A stretch of DNA of 64,000 nucleotides. Origin: Candidatus Doudnabacteria bacterium (GTDB lineage Bacteria; Patescibacteriota; JAQUNI01). How positions within the stretch are numbered: position 1 is the stretch's first letter; each line of letters begins with the position of its first letter. A program made the translations under genes and the position numbers. Below, one piece after another: positions 57,593 to 64,000 of this stretch. The notes beneath the pieces are model-generated. The model ran no database searches. It saw only the letters and a program-made list of their open reading frames with translations, and was not told the origin of the DNA. The DNA lies in the NCBI GenBank assembly GCA_041644975.1, contig JBAZQX010000001.1, positions 103,274-167,273 of the forward strand, in the 5' to 3' direction.

Positions 57593-58609
57593 TTAATCCC
57601 CATTGTCAGGGGGATATTTTTTAAATAAATTTTTAGCCATTTGCCAATAAGTATTATTTCCCTGTAATTTTTGCCAGTACCACCATTCAGTGCCCCAAAG
57701 ATAAACTTTATCAAAGCCGCATTGTTTGCTGTAATCCAAAATTCCTTGAAATTTTTCCGGACTCATTGTTTTAGCTATTATTTCGGGGGCAGCGTTTTTA
57801 ATATCGCCGCCGTGAATCCAAGGCTCGCCTTGTTGCTCCGAAACAATCACCGGTTTGTTTCCGAATAAGAATTTCATCAAAGCCACTTTGCGTTGGTAAA
57901 AAATCGCCGGGATTCGATATTCAGTATAGCCGGCAAAACGATTGTAAACATATTTGTAAAGCGATGTGCCAAAGATGTCAGCGCGGCGATATTCGCCGAG
58001 CCAAAGAGAAAATTCGCCTGATGAGGTAAGCATGATAGGACGGGAATCTCGTGCCCGCACAAAGATGATTTCTTCTTCCAAAAACTTTTTATCTCTTTGG
58101 GGGCAATCTCCAAAGCTATGAAAGAAAAAGGGTTCATTTTCTACCTGCCAGATTTTAATATGGTCATCATTTTTGTAGCGGTCAATAATTTTTCCAATGA
58201 GCGACAAGAGATGCTTTTGCCTTTCTTCCGCGGGAAGAGAAAACGCCCAAGCGGGAATATGGCATTCAGGCCAACGGGGGACTTTTTCCCCAAAGGCGAG
58301 GATAATTTCTCCATTCCTTTTGTCAATTTCCGCAATCTGCCAATCTAAATCCGAGAAATCATACTCCCCTTCTTTTTTTTCCAGATCATCCCAATAAGCC
58401 ATCAAACGAAATTTGCGTGCCCCCAGATCGTCCAAAATTGCGTTTAGAGCGGCTTCCGGATCTAGATTATACTCTCGCATATTTTTTGCGGAAAAGTTGA
58501 TCCCATATTCCACATTGTTAGCCGGTTGAGGGATGCCGAGCAAAAAATAAGTTAAAATTACTCCCAGTAAACCAATAATTACAGTTATGGATATTATAAA
58601 AATTTTCAT
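57593..58609 (-). CDS. Membrane-anchored glycoside hydrolase-like protein (GH5/GH42-like (beta/alpha)8 fold; NEP catalytic motif)
   Basis: N-terminal TM anchor and WQVENEP (acid/base Glu in NEP). Probable start at MKIFIIS (58609). Confidence 0.5.
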   Translation of the reverse strand: MKIFIISITVIIGLLGVILTYFLLGIPQPANNVEYGINFSAKNMREYNLDPEAALNAILDDLGARKFRLMAYWDDLEKKEGEYDFSDLDWQIAEIDKRNGEIILAFGEKVPRWPECHIPAWAFSLPAEERQKHLLSLIGKIIDRYKNDDHIKIWQVENEPFFFHSFGDCPQRDKKFLEEEIIFVRARDSRPIMLTSSGEFSLWLGEYRRADIFGTSLYKYVYNRFAGYTEYRIPAIFYQRKVALMKFLFGNKPVIVSEQQGEPWIHGGDIKNAAPEIIAKTMSPEKFQGILDYSKQCGFDKVYLWGTEWWYWQKLQGNNTYWQMAKNLFKKYPPDNGD

Positions 58610-58668
58610 AGAATAATTTTCGTAACGCATTCTTGAATCGCAAGTTACGCGTTGCAAGTTGCGAGAAT

Positions 58669-59559
58669 TTATTTAAACGCCAAAATCGTCAACCCAAAGG
58701 TAATCAGAACTATGGCGATAATTTTTTGCACTTTTTGATTTTGAAATTCCTCGGAAAAAAGGGCAGGAATTTTTTTCGATAGAATCAAAGCGATGATCAG
58801 GAGAAAAATGTATTGGACCCCTTGAAGAGCGTTTACTATAATGACCGAGGAAAGAAAAATAGCATAATTCAGCATTATCGCGGAAAGGGCGGCAATAACG
58901 CGAATACCCAGATAGCTTAAGCCTACCTTCCTCCCCGCTTTTTGAGGCGCTTTTTTAATTTTTTTACGCCAAGCAGGTATCAAAAAGATAGACAATGCCA
59001 GAGCGAGACTCCCTACTTTAATCCAGATAAATCCTACCCAAAACGGGGCCAGATTATAGACATATTTAGTAAGAATAAAGGAAGTCGCAAAACAAAAAGC
59101 GGCAGCCAAGCCATACATTACGCCTTGCCTGGAGAAAAGGTTGCGGCGGCGGCGTTCGGCGGTAATCAAAATACCCCCTAGGATTAAAAGATAAAAAGCA
59201 ATAAATTGATCTCGGTTTAATTTTTCCTGTAAGAAGATGGAACTTAAAACAAAAGTAAAGAGCGGCACCATTGTGCCAATAAAAGGGATGATGCGGGAGG
59301 TTGGATTTTTTTCAATCGCCGAAAAAAAGGAGATGAGAGCAATAACAAAAAAAGCGCCAGCGGCAAGGGCGGCGATGACAACTTTCCCTCCCGGCATCTG
59401 CCAAGCGAGGGGAAATAAAAATATAGCCAATCCCCCCAAAAGGCCGTTATAAAAAGCGTAGGCTAAAGGAGATTTAACTTCGCGGGATAAAATATATTTG
59501 TCGCCTACGGAGACAATAGCGTAAAGGAGATGAGCGGCGATAACTAAGAGAAGCCACAT
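58669..59559 (-). CDS. EamA/DMT-family transporter
   Basis: 10 TM helices; two EamA-like halves. Confidence 0.55.
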   Translation of the reverse strand: MWLLLVIAAHLLYAIVSVGDKYILSREVKSPLAYAFYNGLLGGLAIFLFPLAWQMPGGKVVIAALAAGAFFVIALISFFSAIEKNPTSRIIPFIGTMVPLFTFVLSSIFLQEKLNRDQFIAFYLLILGGILITAERRRRNLFSRQGVMYGLAAAFCFATSFILTKYVYNLAPFWVGFIWIKVGSLALALSIFLIPAWRKKIKKAPQKAGRKVGLSYLGIRVIAALSAIMLNYAIFLSSVIIVNALQGVQYIFLLIIALILSKKIPALFSEEFQNQKVQKIIAIVLITFGLTILAFK

Positions 59560-59634
59560 AATATTTCATTGTTTCATTGCTTCATTGTTAAAATTGAATA
59601 ACAACTGAATAATCGTGCAATGGGAGCAATGGAG

Positions 59635-60822
59635 TTAGGTGGTGTATTGTTTAATAATGTCAGTATAAACTTGAGCTGAAGGACGAACAGTCCTTTTCTG
59701 GGTCTCATAATCAATTCCAATTAAACCAAAACGTGGTGAAAATCCGCGCGCCCATTCAAAATTGTCCATTAAGGACCAATGAAAATAACCGCGAACATCA
59801 ATATTTTGAGCTATTGCCTTTTGGATCATCTTAATATGTTTAGTGATGAATCGGGCGCGGTATTTATCCTTGCAATCCGCCAAGCCATTTTCGGTGATAT
59901 AAATGGGCAAATTAATTTTTTTTAATTCCCATAAAATCTGATATAAACCCTCGGGGTATATCTCCCATCCTAAATCCGAGATTGCATTGTTTTGTGTGTC
60001 AGAGGTGGTATTTTCCATTTTATAGAAAGGGGGCGCTAATTGAGCTTGAATTTTATAATGGAAATAATAGTTAATGCCTAGGAAATCGTGGCACCCTTTT
60101 GTTTTTTTGTAAAATTCATTATTCCAAAATTTTTTTGCTATCTCGCAAGCTAATTTGTCTAAGGGCGAGCTAGCGGCGTCAAAATAAATATAATTCTTCG
60201 CAATCCCTACTTGGGCTTCGGGGAGAAGCGCGTGAATTTTTTTGTAGGCTTGCTTGTGGCACTCCGTAAGTCTGTTGATAACCTTTTTATATTGCCAGAA
60301 GCTTTTTTTACCCGGCGGCCAGTCGCCTGCTAGATAGCCGTGGCTAGCAAAAACGTTTGGTTCATTGATGGTGATCCAGAAATCAACATAGTCAGAGAAT
60401 TTTTTGACCACTAATTCCGTAAAACGGGTGAAATAAAAGACGCTTTTGGGATGCAAAAATCCTCCCTTTTTCGCAAGCCATAAAGGCAGGGTGAAATGAT
60501 GGAGGGTGAGCATTACCTTGAGGCCTTTTTCTCTCAAGGCTTTGAATACCCGCAGGTAGTGATTAATTTCCTTGGTGTTAAAATTGCCTTCTTGAGGTTC
60601 AAGGCGGCTCCATTCAATAGATAAACGGTGGGCATTGTGATTCAAATCTTTTGCTCGCTCAAAATCTTCTTGAAATAGATTATAGTGATTACAGGCGAGC
60701 CCTGAAGATTCTAGCCCTCTTTTTTGTTCCCATTCCCACCAGTCATTGTTGTAATTACCGCCTTCTACCTGATGTGCCGAAGTCGCTGCACCCCATAAGA
60801 AGTTGGGAGGAAAACGGAGCAT
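59635..60822 (-). CDS. Glycoside hydrolase family 1 (beta-glucosidase-like), short form
   Basis: FLWGAATSAHQVEGG N-terminal signature, NEP acid/base and ITENG nucleophile motifs; 395 aa. Confidence 0.8.
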   Translation of the reverse strand: MLRFPPNFLWGAATSAHQVEGGNYNNDWWEWEQKRGLESSGLACNHYNLFQEDFERAKDLNHNAHRLSIEWSRLEPQEGNFNTKEINHYLRVFKALREKGLKVMLTLHHFTLPLWLAKKGGFLHPKSVFYFTRFTELVVKKFSDYVDFWITINEPNVFASHGYLAGDWPPGKKSFWQYKKVINRLTECHKQAYKKIHALLPEAQVGIAKNYIYFDAASSPLDKLACEIAKKFWNNEFYKKTKGCHDFLGINYYFHYKIQAQLAPPFYKMENTTSDTQNNAISDLGWEIYPEGLYQILWELKKINLPIYITENGLADCKDKYRARFITKHIKMIQKAIAQNIDVRGYFHWSLMDNFEWARGFSPRFGLIGIDYETQKRTVRPSAQVYTDIIKQYTT

Positions 60823-60829
60823 AAAAATT

Positions 60830-60925
60830 CAAAAATTAAAATTAAAAATGTAAAATTGCAATGCAAAATTAAAAATTTTGAATTTTAAGTTGTAATTTTT
60901 CATTTTGCATTTTTAATTTTTAATT
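60830..60925. repeat. AT-rich inverted heptad array (aaaaatg taaaatt gcaatgc aaaatta ... tcatttt gcatttt taatttt)
   Basis: 7-bp periodic units inverted around the centre; upstream of GH1. Confidence 0.45.
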
Positions 60926-61120
60926 TTATCTAGATTCCCCGAAACAACGCCCCTAAGATTAGAAGCAATGGCGCTCCCATTAATGCCCACATCCCCACTT
61001 CAAAATTTACTTTATAGAAAGGCAGGGGTAAAATAGTCCCGAAGATTCCTGTCAAAAGTAAGCCTAAAGCAGCAATCATTGTAATTAAACGCGGGGGGCT
61101 AATTAACTTTTTTAGGCTTT

Positions 61121-61366
61121 TCATATTTTTTTCAATATTGATCCTGACAGAAGTATTACCGTAGAAATAATTAATAAAGAAATTATCAGGATGTCGGGGA
61201 AAGAGAACAAAAAATAACCCACCACTCCGGCAGCCCAAAAGAGAATGCTGAAAATTAAAGTCAACAGCTTTGGAGGGTCGGGATGACTTTGAACCAAAAC
61301 CCAAAAAATCCGCAGATTTTTTGGGACACCTCGGTGTTTAGAGAATAAATTTTCCTTTTTTTTCAC
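61121..61366 (-). CDS. Small membrane protein (2 TM). A second small membrane ORF, 60930..61124, lies directly downstream.
   Basis: Hydrophobic helices only. Confidence 0.3.
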   Translation of the reverse strand: MKKKENLFSKHRGVPKNLRIFWVLVQSHPDPPKLLTLIFSILFWAAGVVGYFLFSFPDILIISLLIISTVILLSGSILKKI

Positions 61367-61372
61367 CGGATT

Positions 61373-62170
61373 TTAGAAACTAAAACCAGTTTTCATTAAT
61401 TCGTCTACTTCGGCTTTAATTTCGAATGGATAATTTTTTAGTTTGTTCTTAACATCCTCCGTGACAATAGAGGTAACTACTTCTGAATCTTCAGGCATTT
61501 TAAGCTTACTAAATTCGTTACCCGCGGCTTGAATGTCGGAACCTAATTTAGTTAACGCTTTCATATCATTCTTACGAATAGCGTCGGTCATTTGTACTAA
61601 GATTTGATCAAACTTTTCCAACATTTGGATCATTTGAATATGAACATCCTTGTAAATTTCCGGGGGATTAGTTTTATTTAGTTTGCCTAAGCTTTCAGTT
61701 AATGTGTTGTGCATCTTGTCAAAAACAGCAATCGCTTCTGCGGGGGTATTAGCTTTGGAATTACCCATGGATTGAAAAGAGGATCCAATTTCCATCCATA
61801 TCTTTCCGTATTCTGTCCACGTAATCATTTTTGCTGCGGTGTCGCGAGCCATCGTGAAATATTCTTTCATTTTTGCTTCCAGAGCCTTTGCCTTTCTAGG
61901 CGCTTTCAGGGCGTTAAGTTGGTACAATTGATTTTCGGAGTCAGTTTTAACGACCATTATTTCAGTCTGCATTTCATCTGGGGTTTTATTTTCTGTTTTG
62001 ATGTCCAACTTTTCCCATGTCCATTTACTGTTGCTATCTTTCATTATTAAACTTACTTGTTCAGCGTAAGATCTGGTTTGTACTCCTTTTTGCCAGGTAT
62101 AAGCTGTGACTCCTCCTCCGACCGCAAGGACGGCAGCAACAGCAATACCAATGATGAGAGGTTTTTTCAT
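61373..62170 (-). CDS. Secreted or membrane-anchored hypothetical protein
   Basis: N-terminal signal/anchor MKKPLIIGIAVAAVLAVGGG. Helical, Lys/Glu-rich. Confidence 0.45.
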   Translation of the reverse strand: MKKPLIIGIAVAAVLAVGGGVTAYTWQKGVQTRSYAEQVSLIMKDSNSKWTWEKLDIKTENKTPDEMQTEIMVVKTDSENQLYQLNALKAPRKAKALEAKMKEYFTMARDTAAKMITWTEYGKIWMEIGSSFQSMGNSKANTPAEAIAVFDKMHNTLTESLGKLNKTNPPEIYKDVHIQMIQMLEKFDQILVQMTDAIRKNDMKALTKLGSDIQAAGNEFSKLKMPEDSEVVTSIVTEDVKNKLKNYPFEIKAEVDELMKTGFSF

Positions 62171-62333
62171 TTTTTTGTTTTAATTTATTAGATATTTTAT
62201 AATCAGAGTTTGGAAATATTGTTCGGCCTTCTCCGACCATAGTCGATTGAAAGCTAACTATAGGTCGGAAAAAGTTGCGAATCAATTTTTGCCTTTTCCT
62301 TAATATGAATTATAAAACTTTAATGAAGCAATG

Positions 62334-62831
62334 TCAAACTTCACCCTTCTTTGCGGTGGGGTAGTTGACGGAATGACTAATTACTCCTCCTTCAGAATTG
62401 AAACTAAATTCCCCTTGTACATTTTCTCCCGCTAAGACTTTGGGAAGCCAGTAAGGATCATCAGCCCACATCCGAGGGTATGGAATTGCGTTCATCGGTA
62501 TCCACTGGGGTTTCATTTCATCTGATTCTTGGGGTTCGCCTTCCCATTTATAGATAAGAAAAACATGCACTTCTTGGTTCCAATCTTTATGATCAGAAGC
62601 GAAAAATTTTAAAGTCGCTTTTTGCGCGTAGTTTAACGGTTTGACTCCGATTTCTTCCATTGTTTCGCGGACCAAGGCTTCTTCAATAGTTTCTCCCTCT
62701 TTTTCTTTAACTTTACCGCCAAAACCATTAAATTTTCCTTGACCGAGGCCTCTTTTTTTCATCGCGAGGAGAATTTGGTCGCCTTTAATAAGATAAGCCA
62801 GGGTTGTTTTTCTTAAGTTTTGGTTGCTCAT
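62334..62831 (-). CDS. NUDIX hydrolase (MutT-like)
   Basis: Nudix box GGKVKEKEGETIEEALVRETMEEIGV. Confidence 0.75.
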   Translation of the reverse strand: MSNQNLRKTTLAYLIKGDQILLAMKKRGLGQGKFNGFGGKVKEKEGETIEEALVRETMEEIGVKPLNYAQKATLKFFASDHKDWNQEVHVFLIYKWEGEPQESDEMKPQWIPMNAIPYPRMWADDPYWLPKVLAGENVQGEFSFNSEGGVISHSVNYPTAKKGEV

Positions 62832-62851
62832 AAATTTGTCATATATGCCGA

Positions 62852-63394
62852 TTAAATGATAAACACGGCGGCGGCAATAGTGGTTGTCCAGAGCCCGTAT
62901 TTATCGCCTTCCGCAGACTGCACGACATTGGTAGTTTTAAAAATTTTACCGCTCGCTTTATAAATTTGTTTCCTTCCATCCCACGCCATCGCCGCGTTAA
63001 ATTTCAATCCTAAAGTCGTGGCTAACATCGTCGCGGCTAAATCCTCGGCATAATCCCCCGCTTTCTTGGCTGTTTCACCAAAAGAATGGTGCTCGGAAAG
63101 ATAACCGTAACCGGTTTGATTCATCGGGAGAGCCAAACCAACGGCGGAGGAAATCAGCCGATTGGGTTCATTAGTATCGCTGCGTGCCATTACGACAAAA
63201 GTAATTTGACCGGGTTTCAGCATTGATAATCCTTTGGGCGTAGAAACCAGTTTGCATTTAGGCGGAAAGATACTGGAAACATTCACGAGGTTGCATTTTT
63301 CAATTCCGCCTTTACGGAGCGCTAGTTCAAAAGAAGCTAAGTGATCTTTATGTGTACCAACTCCTTTGGTAAAGAAACAGTATTCGGGGATCAT
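62852..63394 (-). CDS. pdaD: Pyruvoyl-dependent arginine decarboxylase
   Basis: [10 protein letters not shown] aligns with the self-cleavage site (Ser-Ser) of archaeal PvlArgDC (LIRISSIMPP); 180 aa. Confidence 0.7.
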   Translation of the reverse strand: MIPEYCFFTKGVGTHKDHLASFELALRKGGIEKCNLVNVSSIFPPKCKLVSTPKGLSMLKPGQITFVVMARSDTNEPNRLISSAVGLALPMNQTGYGYLSEHHSFGETAKKAGDYAEDLAATMLATTLGLKFNAAMAWDGRKQIYKASGKIFKTTNVVQSAEGDKYGLWTTTIAAAVFII

Positions 63395-63410
63395 ATCTAT
63401 TTTTTTAATA

Positions 63411-63998
63411 TTAGATGAGATTAACGTTAAAACGTTTTAAACTTTGGGCAAGCTCCGACATGGGGAGTCCCACGACATTGGAATAATCTCCTTCAATTTT
63501 TTTAATTAAAAGTTCGCCCAAATTTTGAATAGCGTAAGCGCCTGCTTTATCTAATGGTTTTTCAGATTGAATGTAGTTTTCAATTTCTTTTTTGGAAAGA
63601 TTGCGGAAATAGACTTTTGTTTCCACAACTTTAGAAACAGTTTTTTTATTTTTAGTGTCCAGAATTGTAAAGCCGGTAAAGACCGAATGCTTTTTATTGT
63701 TTAACAATTGAAGCATTCTATGGGCGTGTTTTAAGGTTTTGGGTTTACCCAAGATTTTATCTTGATAAACAACCAGCGTGTCCGCGGCAATAATAATCGC
63801 GTTTGGGTGTTTTTTAGCCGCCGCCTTTGCTTTTTTAAGCGACAAAAATTTTACCAGCTTTTTAGGTTCTAGTTCGGGATTGATTTTTTCTGTGTAACCG
63901 CTGTCTTCCGCTTCAAATTTTAGCCCGATTTTTTCCAAAAGTTCTCTGCGCCGCGGCGAATTGGAAGCAAGGATAATTTTGCGCATATTTTTTGACAT
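63411..63998 (-). CDS. maf: Maf-like nucleoside triphosphate pyrophosphatase
   Basis: [17 protein letters not shown]-terminus and the fold-typical length. Confidence 0.8.
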   Translation of the reverse strand: MSKNMRKIILASNSPRRRELLEKIGLKFEAEDSGYTEKINPELEPKKLVKFLSLKKAKAAAKKHPNAIIIAADTLVVYQDKILGKPKTLKHAHRMLQLLNNKKHSVFTGFTILDTKNKKTVSKVVETKVYFRNLSKKEIENYIQSEKPLDKAGAYAIQNLGELLIKKIEGDYSNVVGLPMSELAQSLKRFNVNLI

Positions 63999-64000
63999 AT

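Overview
This 64 kb window comes from a low-GC, gene-dense bacterial genome in which nearly all genes are on the minus strand and many overlap by 4 nt. Its content (group-3b sulfhydrogenase-type NiFe hydrogenase, RtcB, type IV pilin, pyruvoyl-type arginine decarboxylase, many glycosyltransferases) fits a CPR/Patescibacteria-like organism; that placement is an inference. I found no rRNA, tRNA, CRISPR array, transposase or integrase.

Main blocks:
- 1-30 kb: a cell-envelope glycan biosynthesis supercluster. It holds partial MurJ; a nucleotide-sugar dehydrogenase; UDP-glucose dehydrogenase plus UDP-xylose synthase; a complete dTDP-L-rhamnose pathway (rmlA/B/C/D), with RmlA carrying a Phd/YefM-like N-terminal extension and RmlD fused to a YqeK-type HD domain; an epimerase; a B12-radical SAM enzyme; a methyltransferase; several GT2 and two GT4 transferases; and a Wzx-like flippase and a Wzy/O-antigen-ligase-like polymerase. 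MTAP, Apt, long-form HisG, a TrpR-like protein, a LigD phosphoesterase-domain protein and an HD/zinc-ribbon protein are embedded in it.
- 30.2-32.6 kb: a GC-richer island of three translationally coupled secreted proteins or lipoproteins, followed by Wzz-like, HtrA, valS, and alr-ddl.
- 41.2-47.9 kb: a group-3b NiFe hydrogenase operon (beta, gamma, delta, alpha subunits, HypC, a Cys-less HypA-like protein) that also contains a translationally coupled pilin-like gene, an EamA transporter and an unknown 258-aa protein.
- 48-64 kb: trxB; fpg; an rtcB operon carrying two paralogous PEP-utilizer swivel-domain proteins and an HD protein; ferredoxin; a Cys-rich mini-protein the ORF track missed; glutaredoxin; GH1 and GH5-like hydrolases; two NUDIX proteins; pyruvoyl-dependent arginine decarboxylase; Maf.

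The intergenic DNA carries several recurring structured repeat families: inverted arrays of 7-bp GTAATYA or AAAATGN units; elements bounded by CCGTCATTGCGAGG inverted repeats; CCCCGTTAGAAAT hairpins; and an AATTGACCTAA terminal-inverted-repeat element.
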